From assembly GCF_006345805.1 (NCBI RefSeq), contig NW_021835971.1, positions 1 to 64,000 on the forward strand: DNA of 64,000 nt, read 5' to 3'. Below, piece by piece: positions 14,130-26,470 of the stretch. This stretch comes from Octopus sinensis (lineage: Eukaryota). The translations under genes were made by a program, and so were the position numbers. Within the stretch, counting starts at the first letter, position 1. Every line of letters begins with the position of its first letter. The notes beneath the pieces are model-generated. The model did no database searches, was not told the DNA's origin, and saw only the letters and a list, made by a program, of their open reading frames with translations.

Positions 14130-15593
14130 TGTCACGAGCCTAGGTTGTTATCGAGCCTAGGTCGTTACACTTATGGACTTAGAAAAAAATTCAAAAAAAT
14201 ATTTGAATTCAATTTCAAAATCGACTTTGTCAAAATAAATATTATAAAATGACAAATAGTTAAAATGGAATTGGATGCCAATATTTTCGATGATAAAATT
14301 TAAAATTAATGCCAACTAGTCTGTGCTTTAAAATCGATTTCCTAACTAAAAATAATATTTTAATTTATGAATTGCTATTTTGTTCAAATAAGAAAAATTC
14401 AAAATGCTTCAAATAAAAAAAATACGCAGAAAATGTCGAAACTATTCTGCGATATTTGCCTAAGCAGAGGAGGACTGGGATCTTTTCTGCAACATTGAAT
14501 GCAGAGATTACAAGTCTAATGCAGTTTGGGATGAGAAATCCTCGGTTAATCTCGTTAAAGTCAGAAGAAGAAATATCTACACCACCAGAATTATTTAATT
14601 TTGTTAAAGTTTGAAAATTTTGTCTATTTGAATGTTCGGCTATAAATGTTTCTCTGCTAATTAGGATTTAAATTTTTTTATTAACAAAACAATCAAGACA
14701 AATTATGTTATTTAAATTTTTTTAATTCTTTTCATAAGCGTCTTCTTAGTAGTTCCATCGTCCATTTCAACTCTGACCATATTATGGGGGAGGATTTCAC
14801 TTATTGTACAAACTCCTCCGTATGGACTTTCGAATTTCTTGAATGCAAGTAAAGGATTGGTACCATAGTCCTTTTGAATCCTTATCTACAATTTAGAATA
14901 ATTTGAGTTTACCTTATCTCCAATTTTAAATGAATGTTTTGACTGATGAACCCATGAACACGCAATCGATACTCATCCATATCTCTTACAAAAGAACGCG
15001 ACATAAGTAACACAGAAGAAACACGCCTTTATATATATTACAATTACAGATGTATGGTTATCCGGATATTTTTGTTTTAATATTTAATAGATTAATTTTA
15101 AATATTAAGAATAATTTTATTAGGATTAGGGATAAATTAATTTTTAATCTTTATAGAAAAATAAGCGAAATGTCACGACCTAGGCTCGGTAACAACCTAG
15201 GCTCGTGACTTGTAATCTCTGCATTCAATGTTGCAGAAAAGATCCCAGTCCTCCTCTGCTTAGGCAAATATCGCAGAATAGTTTCGACATTTTCTGCGTA
15301 TTTTTTTTATTTGAAGCATTTTGAATTTTTCTTATTTGAACAAAATAGCAATTCATAAATTAAAATATTATTTTTAGTTAGGAAATCGATTTTAAAGCAC
15401 AGACTAGTTGGCATTAATTTTAAATTTTATCATCGAAAATATTGGCATCCAATTCCATTTTAACTATTTGTCATTTTATAATATTTATTTTGACAAAGTC
15501 GATTTTGAAATTGAATTCAAATATTTTTTTGAATTTTTTTCTAAGTCCATAAGTGTAACGACCTAGGCTCGGTAACAACCTAGGCTCGTGACA
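14130..15593 (-). mobile_element. Ginger2/TDD-like element B: composite foldback carrying a captured DDX55 exon
   Basis: Ends TGTCACGAGCCTAGG../..CCTAGGCTCGTGACA. TSD TATTA at 14125-29 and 15594-98. Inverted arms 14130-14516 and 15207-15593, with an internal TIR at 15171-15209. Minus-strand transposase C-terminus (FKIGDK|IRIQKDYGTNP) has a 28-nt intron at 14886-14913. Confidence 0.9.
14438..14613 (+). pseudogene. DDX55: Captured copy of DDX55 exon 6 sequence
   Basis: 176 bp matching 10607-10782 with 4 substitutions. Its first 79 bp are repeated in antisense at 15207-15285. Confidence 0.95.
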
Positions 15594-15971
15594 TATTATT
15601 CTAATTTTGTTTCGTGTTTATTTCTAGTTGATTTATAGATTTTTTTCCAAAATTCTTTAAAAAAATATGTGAACATTATTGCTGCGAAGATTGACAACCC
15701 AACCAATATTTATTTAATTGACTGCATTTGTATTGAGACGTGTGATGCAAGTTCAATTTGTCAAACAATTCATGATTGCTTACGAAATTACCAAGTTGAG
15801 AGAAAAAATTTTGTTTTGTTGTTAACTGATGCTGTACCGTATATGATGTCAGCCGCAACTAGCATACGTATATTTTATCCGAATATGATTCACCTTACTT
15901 GTTTCGCTCATTTACTTCATAATTGTGCATTAAAAGTGCGTTCTCACTATCAAAACATCGATTTCTTAATA

Positions 15972-18480
15972 TGTCGCGAGCCGAGCGCGCGACCGAGCCC
16001 AGCAAGCGACTTTGACACCTGTCATACCTGTCATCCACCTGTCAGTCTAATTCAGGGGTCACCAAACTTTTTGCACTCGCGGGCCGGATTGACCCCAACA
16101 CAATGAACGCGGGCCGGAGCACGTGCATAGGATTATAATTTTACTAGAAATTCATAAGTGTGTTTTTTACAATAAAAACTAATTTAAACAAAAAAACAAA
16201 AATTTTAACGAGAGCTATGGAACTGTGATCTTTTTGGATAACTTTTTCAATATTTGTTTTAAATTGCTGCATCCTACCATGAGAATTGATTTTAAGTATC
16301 CGTCAATCTTGCATGATGGGCAGACTAAACATATTTCATCCTCGAAAACGTTTGCTCACATTGGTAAGTTGTGCCAAATATAGAAATCATCATCGCAAAA
16401 TTCTTTAGTCTCGGAAACTCATCATCCTTGATATATTCGTAGAACTCAGGGAGTTTGGTCCGTCTGTGACAATCTTTGAGGTGTTCTTTTGATTGTAAGT
16501 CAATAACTTCTAATTGTAATTCATGTTGAACATTTTCAACATTACAAGAAAATGGATTTTCGAACAAAATTATATCGCTTTCAATTTTGTCAAGTTCAGA
16601 AAACTTATGTAAAAAATGATGTTTTAATTCTTTGATAATTCCAATTTAGAAAGTAATGTCGATCTCATAAGTTTTTTTTCGAATTAAATCTTGCAAAATA
16701 GTTTAATTTTTTAATTAAAGTTTTTATTTAAGTTAATTATTAAGGTATTAATTGAATATCTCGAAATAGTGCGCGGGCCGGATAAAATGTTGTCGCGGGC
16801 CGGATCCGGCCCGCGGGCCGTAGTTTGGTGACGTCTGGTCTAATTGATGAATATTCTATAAAATAAAATCATCATATTTTTTTAATAATTTTGGATTATT
16901 CTTTACGCTATTCACATTTAATTTATTTTTATTTCATACAAGATGTAAATAATTTTTTGCCGGCGTACCATACTCACCCAGATAAAATATTATCCACGCT
17001 AGCATAATTTTGTCTACACTTTGTCATGTCGGGCCAGCGTTTGTTTGTAAAAGATCAAGATGAATATAATTTCCTAAGATCTATACTCAATAATGAGGAG
17101 GTCGATCTTCCCAAACATAAGAAGTATCGACTCAAAAAGAAAGCAGAAAATTTCTTAATTAAAGAGGGGAAACTATATCTTAAAGATGTAAACGGCCTAC
17201 ACAAGCTCGTAATTGCTTCCACGAGCTTAGAAGAGATGAAATTAATTGCACGTGAGATTCATGAAGCTAATCATTGCGGACATAATGCTTTGGAAGCCTT
17301 ATGTAGGCGAAGATTTTTTATATCGAGAAGAGAGATCATTCGCCAAGTTGTTAAAGAATGCAATATCTGCAAATTTTCAGTTCCACTAAAACAATATGAT
17401 GATTCAACTCACTCATATTGTTGCTGATTTACCTAATGAAAGATTTTAAGTAGATTTAATTGATCTTAAACGGTATAAAATTAACTTATTTAGTAGATTT
17501 AAAAATGAAAACAATGATTTTTCTTGGTTAATGTCTGTAATAGACGTATATTCGAAATATGCGTTTACAAGGAATCTTAAAAATAAAAGTGAAGTAGAGG
17601 TGGCGAATAATCTGAATGATATTTTTATGGATTTTGGTCCCTGCAAGTTTCTCCAATCAGACAACGGAACATAATTCAAAAATTCTCATGTGACAAAAGT
17701 ATGTGAAGAGTTTTGTGTTCGACAAATACATGGAAGACCAAACAATCCTCAGAGTCAGGGAATTGTTGAACGATTTAATCAGACGGTCACAAGGAGCCTT
17801 TCAAAAATTATGAGTTTGGATGACACCAAAGAGTGGGTAAAACACATAAGAAAGACTGTGTTTTTGTACAATCAAACACCTCATTTATCTACAGGTGAAT
17901 TATTTGTCTTAAATTTTTTGCAGGCGTTAGCCCCTTTGAGAGATATCGTGGAATTCCTGGATTCAATACTGTTTCAGGAAATACTGATGCAGAGGCAGCC
18001 GAACTTCAATAAACTCCCGAAACTAACAGTAAATGTTTTAAATTCAACTAAAGATGAATTCGAACTCAACTTCCCAAAAGTTAACTTGGATTCTCCGTAT
18101 TATAAGAGAATGAACAGGAAGATGGGAGTACAAAATATGCATTAAAAATTGGAGACATCGTATTTATTTTATAATTACTTAAAATGTTCGCATTCAAAAG
18201 ATTATGGGACGAATCCTTCCTTGAGATTAACCAGGTTTGAACATCCATACGGGGATCCATTCACTATTGTTGCAAAACAGTCTAACAATTTTGTCAATGT
18301 GGAAAATAGTGATGGATCAGTAATGAAAGTACATGCCAAACGACTCAAGAAGTTAGATAACAGTCAGAAATAATAATTGTCCTTGATCTATCAATAAAAT
18401 AAGTTATTTTGACATTGATTGACATTGAGTAAATTTGATTGGTCGCGTCTAGCGCTCGGTCGCTCGCTCGGCTCGCGACA
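15972..18480 (+). mobile_element. Ginger2/TDD-like element C (near full length, decayed integrase with introns)
   Basis: TIR TGTCGCGAGCCGAGCG../..CGCTCGGCTCGCGACA. TSD TAATA at 15967-71 and 18481-85. Integrase starts at ATG 17026 (HHCC, VDLID, SDNG, PQSQGIVERFNQ) with stops and frameshifts; 29-nt intron at 17895-17923. Confidence 0.92.
16053..16837 (-). mobile_element. Non-autonomous hAT (SPIN/GTF2IRD2-like) nested in element C
   Basis: TIRs CAGGGGTCACCAAAC and GTTTGGTGACGTCTG. TSD GTCTAATT at 16045-52 and 16838-45. ORF 16325-16567 has IFGTTYQCEQTFSRMK. Confidence 0.92.
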
Positions 18481-18560
18481 TAATATCAACGATGAAAATT
18501 GTGACTCTTAAAAATAAAAGTCGTCAAAAGCTTTTCGGAATTTGGTCTACTTCCAGATGT

Positions 18561-18830
18561 TACCTCCATGGAAAGGGGAATTTGGTTATAGTAAATGAAA
18601 AAATAAATTCTGCTGTATATATCAACATTTTAATAAATAATTTGTGGAAATCGGCAGATAAAATTGGGCTAAATCGTTTTATTTGCCAACAAGATTTGGC
18701 CCCCTGTCATAATTCACGGAGAACAAAACAATTTTGGATGAGAAAAAAATTGAATTATTAAATTGGGCACCACAATCACCAGATTTGAACCCAATTGAAC
18801 ATGTCTGCATAGTAAAAAGGATTTATGCGA
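18561..18830 (+). mobile_element. Tc1 transposase C-terminal fragment
   Basis: GKGNLVIVNEKINSAVYINIL..QQDLAPCH..WAPQSPDLNPIEHV. Confidence 0.75.
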
Positions 18831-18949
18831 AAATTTCATAAAAATTTGGGACTAAATACCAACGGAATTTGTGAGAAAATTAACTGAAAGCATGCCAAGA
18901 AGAAGCATTGAGCTTTATAAGGCACACGGAGGACACATTAATTATTAAT

Positions 18950-19170
18950 CATTTGACCTGTATAAAGAAGATCAATTTTGTAAAAGCCTTCCTTTGGAAC
19001 TGTGGAAGAACTTATCCGCCAGGGGTAGAGACCCTTTACAAGCAGTATATCGAGTCAACAATAGGCTATGCATGTGCTGCTTGGGGCTGTAACCTGGCGG
19101 CAAAAATCGAAAAAATTCAAGAAAGATCTATCAACCTACTGAAGGACCATACCGATAGGGAAATTGTCCA
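18950..19170 (+). mobile_element. APE-type LINE ORF2 C-terminal fragment
   Basis: LYKQYIESTIGYACAAWG..KIEKIQERSINLL, typical of the post-RT region. Clade not resolved. Confidence 0.5.
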
Positions 19171-19649
19171 TAGAACACTGGAGTCTCTCGTAGAGGCAAA
19201 TGGGGGGGATCGTGGAAATGGACCACAAACCATTCACCGTACATACAGAAAGTGTGTGGTGTGTGGAACATCGTGAAAAGATGGCTTGACTGTTGAGAAG
19301 TGTCGGAATCACCTGAACGTGTTAGTTAATTGGTTAAGACGGTGATTTTGTTTGGCTTAAATAATAATAATCCGGTTTTTTTACACAGAAAAAATTTAAT
19401 ATAGTCAGTTTAGCTGTACAAAAAGATTATTGAAAAATTATAAAAAGAAAAGTTACGAAAATTATCATTATAAATTAAAAAAATCTAAAATTAAAAACAG
19501 AATATCAAAAAAATTAAGCATTCGAAAATCCATTTTTTATTACATGGAGTGTGATTCGCCTTTTGTGGTGGCGCAAAAATCCAGTTATTGGATTAATGAA
19601 AAAAGAATCATTCGCTCATCCCCCCGCGACTATCGTCAGTCCGGGGCGG

Positions 19650-19724
19650 CCTTCTCTGTCGACCTCACTTTCCCGTTTTGCCCTTCTCACTATCTGTGGG
19701 GATGTGGAATCTAATCCCGGCCCA
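19650..19724 (+). other. 2A-like (StopGo) peptide motif
   Basis: SLSRFALLTICGDVESNPGP in ORF 19551-19943; DVESNPGP is encoded at 19701-19724. Confidence 0.7.
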
Positions 19725-20329
19725 AAGAGACGTATATCAATTCTCCAACTAATTCTCCAGCTCCACCCTTATCTCACTGCAATGGAGAAGGGGATAATTA
19801 TAAAGAAGATTGCTTTGGTACCCTCGCGTGCCAACACACTGGCCGAGGTAATAAAGACGATGAGAACCGTTGAGCATCCGCAAATTCAGATGTGCGGCCA
19901 GGTCCCTTTACAATCAATCGATGAATACAATTTCATACAGTAAAATATAAAAAAAAATATAGAAATCGTCGAGAATAGGGTTTTGTAGAAAAGTTAAAAT
20001 ATGTATTGAATAGTTAAAATGTAAAAAAGATTAAATTATTGCAAAAATAAGACCAATACAATTACAAAATATCAAATATTATAAGAAATTCTGTAAGCCA
20101 ACAATATATTTAATCAATTTTAATACAAAATTAACCATTAATACAAGAAAATAAATTAAAAAATAAAACAATAAGCAACAACAAAACAAAATATAAACAA
20201 TAACGTGCGAATATTTTATTATAATAAAATTAAAATTTTTTTCTTGACTTTATTTATAATAATCATATAACTATCAAATAGATAGAGCTATATCCCGTTT
20301 TTAAACTAATAATAAATTAATAGTTAATC

Positions 20330-20875
20330 AGAAACTAAGCAGATCTCACTCCAGCTCGCTGATATCCACTCTCCTTCTCTTGAGAAAAAGAGTCTACTTC
20401 CAGCGCCTCTTACTCCCCACTACCACATCTGATTCAACCATTGCATCTTCTTTAGCATTCATGGGGTCTCTTCATTTTTGCATGCCATCTCCAATACCGG
20501 TTGGAAGCAGAAGCGTATTCTTCACCAGATTACCTTCATTCCGTGCTTGTGTTCGATCATCATACTCTCGAGCGTTCTTTTCAGTACAACGGATTGGATG
20601 TATGTCCTCGTTCCTGCTTCAATAGATAGTTTTTCATATAATTTTTAAAGCATTTCGAGACAACTCCATCCCATGTCATAACCACAGGAATTATTTTTAC
20701 TTGACAGCTATACAGAAGCGAAAGCTCACTTGCCATAGGTCATACTTGTGACACTTTAAACTCCACTTGCTTGAGGCGATCCTGTGAAGTAATACCCACT
20801 TCAATTAGATTTATTTCGTTTCTGACTTTGTCGTGGAAAAGATATCTGCTTGTTATATTCTACTTTTGTTTCGGT
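20330..20875 (-). mobile_element. Degraded 3' fragment of an R4/Dong-like element
   Basis: HDKVRNEINLIEVGITSQDRLKQVE and IIPVVMTWDGVVSK, homologous to the 2869-6383 REL domain. Confidence 0.8.
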
Positions 20876-21799
20876 GAGGATTGTAATAAAAATATATCAA
20901 ATAATCATATAACTCGGACCACAAGGGTATTTTCAAATTTTGAGAATTGTTGAAATCACCTAATATTATCCTAATTAACTGTTGGTAATTCTTAGGTTAA
21001 ATAAATAAAACAATAAAATAAAACTAACTAGGATTGACGAGTGATGCCGTCATCAGTGATACAACTGCGGAACCAAATGTCTACTTCAGCCACACGAAAA
21101 AGAAAAAATGATGTAGCAGGACACATGTCTTCGTTCGGGTCGTCTTCCTTTGGATTAGTTAGTTTCCTAATAACATGTTCTCTCTCTGTTTTGATCTTAT
21201 GTGGCTGGCACAAGCGAGATGTTAAAATTTCGTTCTCATCTTGCGACAGGACTTGTTGTTGTTAACTATCAAAGAAATAATGGCTTACGAAACGAAGTTT
21301 AGTAACTTGATACTAACTTGATAGTAATTTCTTTGCACTATAGAGTAATTGCCAGAAAAAAATTGTTGAAAATTTGGCTTCTCAGTGTGATAAAGATTTT
21401 AATCAGCGATTATCTCAGGAGACACAATAAAGTTGTTTCCAAACGCTGTATTTTTTGATGTTTGTTCTTTCAGACCGTTTGTTGAAGTTTTGCTTTCAAT
21501 TTATTTCTTTTATAATTTATTAATTATAAAAATCAGAAGTTTTAGAAAATTTTATTAAACTATTTCATGATGAGATATTCAAATAGAATGCTTTCCGTAC
21601 TAGTTTATTTTGTTTAAAGTAAAGACTGTCTAACTAGCATGTGCTAACTACAGCAAAGGCACGCTAGCATGTGATTACGTACTACCACACCAAGATCAAT
21701 TACGAGTTTTATTAAAACGATCTTAATATAATTATATAATACAGCTGATAACATTACTCGCGAGGGGCCCTTTGTTACTAGTCTCGAGCAATGTTAACG

Positions 21800-21870
21800 T
21801 CCCCGATAGTATAATGGTTAGTATGCCGCGTTGTCATCGCGGTGGCCGGGTTCGATTCCCGGTCGGGGAG
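21800..21870 (+). tRNA. tRNA-Asp (anticodon GTC)
   Basis: Acceptor stem TCCCCGA/TCGGGGA + G. D-arm GTAT..GTAT. Anticodon stem CCGCG/CGCGG around TT-GTC-AT. T-arm CCGGG-TTCGATT-CCCGG. Confidence 0.95.
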
Positions 21871-21876
21871 TTTTTT
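21871..21876 (+). terminator. RNA polymerase III oligo-T terminator
   Basis: T6 run directly after the tRNA discriminator base. Confidence 0.85.
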
Positions 21877-22149
21877 GCAATCGTTATTTTAAATTCTCAG
21901 ATTTTTTAAAAGGCAGTTTTAAATTGCCTAATTTTCATTATATGTGTTATTAATGTCTAAATCTGATTTGAACTTAAAGATATATTCAAGGTTTTTGTAC
22001 AGCTGAGTCTATTCGCGAGGTGCAAGCTCCGCAAATTGATTGGCAGCATAGGTGTACTCTTCTTTGTCAGCCTACACTCCTTGTCTGTATCTCGAAAGAT
22101 AAATTTTTAAGAAAAAAAGTATTAATCAAAATCACAAACGTAATTATTA

Positions 22150-22700
22150 TCGATTCATTCTCTTCATCGCCTATCATGTCATCTGCCACATCCCTCGGGT
22201 CTGCTGCGGAAAAAGCTGAAACAGCTAAAATAAAAAAATAACAAGAACTCGGACGCCCCTCGAGACATCGGGCATCGCCCGGCCTCTAACCTCGGCCTTT
22301 ATCAGCGACATTAGGAGAAAATTGGCCCATAGGACGAAAGAGCCACTCAAGGTTTTGTGGCTATTGCAGAGGATATCCATTGCATATTCCGTGGAAACAC
22401 GCACGCGGTACTTACCGCAGGAGGAAGCGCGCTTTAGCCCCTCGGAGATTCATTTTTGTTCATTCCTAACTTACTTTTTATATAACAATTTTGATCCGGC
22501 TCCGCAGCTAACCTAACAGAAACGCTAAAAATCAAGAAATACAGTGCATTATTGCACCGTTATATCTTTACCCCGATCGCAGTGGAGACGTCGGTCACAT
22601 AACTAAAAAAATCCTTATTAAATTGGGGGACCTGGCAAGCAGAAGGAGGAATGATCATCGGGAACGGACATGGCTTTTCACGCAGAAACTTAAAAAATTC
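22150..22700 (+). mobile_element. Two tandem CRE-like 3' remnants
   Basis: DSFSSSPIMSSATSLGSAAEKAETAKIKK..WLLQRISIA (22150-22480), then PIAVETS..WLFTQK (22530-22700). Confidence 0.65.
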
Positions 22701-24529
22701 AAAAAAATAATTATGATAACTAATGAGACACATGTGCATGTTTCTGTGTTCGCAAAATTTCCAGACAGGGATAAATTTGCGACAAACATATTCAGACGTT
22801 ATCTACAAGACAAAAATTTGTTTCTCTTATTTCATTTAATGTCGACGAGATCTTGTATGGAAAAAGTTCGTAGAGAAAGTTCGTTTAATCTTGTATGGAA
22901 ATTTAAAACATATCTGTCGACAATTTAACAAAACTAACAAAATTTGGTTAATTACAATAAAAAAGGCTCATTCTTCAGACATAAAATTTTAATAAGTATG
23001 AAAATATGCAAAAATATGGTTGTGTAGAAAATCCAAAAAATATCAAATTGTTCAAAAAAAGATTAAAATTATTTTATATAGGCGCCAAAATGATAATCTT
23101 TATCAAAACTAGATAACTGTCAATAATCATATGACTACATTTTTAATCTAAACTGTCCTGTTACATCCTCTGAAGGTGAACCTATCCAAAGTGGTTTATA
23201 ATGTGAATCCTATTGGATTTGACGTCAGATAGTAAAATAAAATTATCAAACAAAATAATGATTTTTTATTTAATCATAATCGACTTTGATAGATTAAAGC
23301 AGTCAGACCATTGATATTTATGGAAATTTAGCGACTTTAAAACTATTAATCGTTTTATTTTAAATTAAATTTTTTCAGAAATATATTGATTAATGAAAAA
23401 AAATCATGCAAAATGTATAAAAGTTAACAACTAAGCTTAATATTGCTTTGTCGAAATTGGTATAAAAATTGTCAAACTTGAACTGAAAATGGTATATATT
23501 GAGTAGTTCGCCTTTTTATCGTATTTTTAGAATGTTTAATTTCCTTAATGAAAAATCTTGATCACACAAATTTTCTTATTAGACATTTTCTTAAAAAATT
23601 AAAAATGTTTTCATTTTATATTGAGAATAAACAACCGTCTATATAGATTTAAACTATTTGAAAACGAATGTATATTTTTTATTACAATTAAGATAATCTT
23701 AAAAAGTATTTTTGCATTCATTAAAGACGTCTCAGGTTCCGTAAAATGTATGATTAGTAAGTTTCTCTTATTTTATAACTTCACAGTAACCAATCATTTA
23801 GTTCGTGCAGTTACGATGCAATTATCTTTTCAAATATTCTCTGACTCTACTTAAATGACATATTTTTGGAATATTGTTGCATTCTGTATTTCTGGGAAGT
23901 TTTTGTATCTGGTCTTGTTCTTAATATTCAATTACTAATGATCTGCTGTTTGATTTAGTAATACATATCAGTTTAATAATACATATGAGTGGTTAATGAC
24001 AAATTTTGGCAAATTTTTTGATTACAATCATCTTGTAATAGATAAAAGACTTGTAAATAATTTTCGCTTATTTGTTTTACAAACTTAAACAACTTTTTTT
24101 GATTCACTCCATATGGTAAAAGATTCTGTCATTTTTTCAAAAGTAGATAGAAAATTTTATTTTATTTGTTTGTTTTATTTTGAAAAAATATATTAGATAC
24201 CCAAAACTTCTTCCTGGACGACAATTACTTCGCCCGGTGGTTCATAAAAACTAATATGGACATCTTTATTAAGATTAGATTTGAATTTTTCTTTGCTATT
24301 CGGAACTAGTGAATATAATTCTAACAAAATTTATATCTTTTGAATTGTAAATTATTTAGATTTCTTTATTCATAGTTAATTAAAGTCATTAATTAAATGA
24401 TTTTAAAATTGTATTTATTATCTGCGTCGTCCAAAAAAGATTTTCAATAAATAGGATATGTGTTACTTATTAGTAGGTTGGTACTCTGTACGTCTTCATT
24501 AATGTAAACCACCTGAATTTGTGTTCTTA

Positions 24530-24930
24530 GCTGAATTCAAACAGACTCACAATATTAAATGTTATTTATTTAATTTTTTAAAGTTTTAAATTTATCGAAT
24601 TAATTACAATGAATTATAATGTGTTAAGCACGTTATTTTATTTTCTTGTTTTGTGGTTTTGGTTGTTAATTCTTATTTCATTCTTTTTTTATAAATGTTT
24701 TATTTTTATTCTATTTTTTATTTGTTTGAAGATTAATTAAATTGACTACTGGTAAAATATCATGGATAAAGTTTATTTTGCAAGTGAATTTGTATTCATT
24801 TTATCGATTAATTAATCTTCATTCAATGCATTTTTTTAAAGTAAATTATTTTTTCTACTATTTTATTGCTTATTTTGATCTTTTTAGTTTTTTGTCATCT
24901 GAAATTATTAATTTTTCTTTACTATTTTAG
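24530..24930 (+). repeat. Unclassified AT-rich dispersed repeat, copy 1 of 3
   Basis: Shared start ACAATATTAAATG and core TTTGTTTGAAGATTAATT..TTGACTACTGGTAAAATATC, also at 35875-36250 and 42075-42440. Confidence 0.75.
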
Positions 24931-25239
24931 AGATTAAATATGTCTTTGTTTCTTTACAGGGTATTTCATAAATATATCCTCTTATTCCATAAATATATCG
25001 TATAATTTCATATAAATATCCTCTTATTTCATAAATATATCGTATAGTAATGTTCGTATGTCGTATACGTATATTTCAAGTTACATTAACAAAGACCAAC
25101 TTTTAATTTAAAAAACAAATGTTAATTAATTCTGTGAATAATCGCATTCACTCTATTCAAAAATGACCGGTAGTATTCTGTAAACATTGAATATGACGAA
25201 AGCGATTGTATAACATCTTTTAAGTTTCCTTTTAAAGCC

Positions 25240-25580
25240 TTCTGATTCATAGCTCTTGGACGTATTCGCCTTTGTTGTCCCAAATACATTTTCGATAGGA
25301 TTTAAGTCAGGTGAATAAGGAGGTAAAAACAAATACTAAACACTATGTGTTTCGAAAAAATTAACAAAATTTGAAGAATGATGAAATTTAACATTATCTA
25401 AAATTATCACAGAATCATCAGTGAAAATTCCTTTTGTACAACATTCATTGATAAACTCAGTAAAAATAATTGTGCTGTACGCACCATCAATTATTTTAGA
25501 AAGTTCTATTCCCATTATGGATATTATTGAACACAACGATATATTTTTTCCCTTTGATGCAGGTTGATATAGAATCGGAT
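25240..25580 (-). mobile_element. Tc1/IS630-type (DDE_3) transposase fragment
   Basis: IILDNVKFHH..LPPYSPDLNPIENVF. Confidence 0.75.
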
Positions 25581-25629
25581 CATGATTTACATTAATATAA
25601 AAAAGAATGAAATAAGAATCAACAACCAA

Positions 25630-26470
25630 AAGCACAACAACACAAGTTGCATCCCAAATCAGGGACTTGCCTTTCCTGGAAGGGAAGGTAGTCATCCAGG
25701 ACGCTTTCCAGCACTCCGACCGAGACCGACTGGCTCTAGAGTGGAGGGGAAACCTGCCGACTCTAGTGCCTTTTTGATGACGTCATTGAGGTGAGTGTGG
25801 CGAGGAATTCTGCCAGCACTCTTCTTGTACGATGAATATGCAAATTTGACAATTAAGTCATTTTCCCTGAACAATTTTGCATCTTCAATATCATTTTCAT
25901 CAAGAAAATTCATATATGCATTGTGTGTTATATTTTTTGAATTTGTCTTATATTTTGTGAATTCGTAAAAATTAATAATGGACGCATTTTTGAACAATGC
26001 CGCCAGTTCTATATCATGTTGTAAATTAATGAGTTCTAGTTGAAACTTTGCAGGCGCATCCTTAATTTCCACGCTGAATGGAGTTGCGAATATTTTCATT
26101 AAAGGAAGGAATTCTTTAAAATTCTAAAAATTAAATTTATATAAATGTACCCCAAAACGTGCTTCAAATTGATTAATGAAATCACCAATTATGGATATGT
26201 TTAACCTTAAGAATGAATAATTGAATTTAAAAATCCTGGGGGCTGCATTTGAGAACCGCTGGTCTAATCCAACCGGCCCCGGGACAGAAGGGAATTCAGC
26301 GGCGTTGAGCGCGCGCTTAACAATATTATTCAAGACAGCATGCCTGGGTATTCAACCGGCACTGAGGCGACAAGAGAGGGGGTGTAGGCTTCTCCTGTCA
26401 ATGATTTTACCGCATCTGCACTGATGTGACTGGCAAATCTCGATCCCAATTCGTAGACACAAACCAATGT
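25630..26470 (-). mobile_element. Mosaic: CRE-like fragment / hAT deletion derivative / CRE-like fragment
   Basis: CRE pieces at 25630-25830 and 26262-26470 (RIPRH..LEPVGL..GKRPG). hAT piece at about 25830-26261 with TIR CAGCGGTTCTCAAA on the minus strand, flanked by GTCTAATC. Confidence 0.7.

Larger units (their letters stand above)
15669..18560 (+). mobile_element. hAT-superfamily (CGGBP1/DUF659-like) transposase fragment split by Ginger element C
   Basis: LLLTDAVPYM..IHLTCFAHLLHNCA..IDFLI (15669-15971) continues in frame after element C as STMKIVTLKNKSRQKLF (18486 onward). Confidence 0.65.

Noticed and set aside
14438-14613. DDX55 processed retrocopy
   Set aside because: Only one exon is present, it ends with the intron donor GTTTG, and there is no poly(A). 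The 5-nt intron match is short, so an RNA intermediate is disfavoured rather than excluded.
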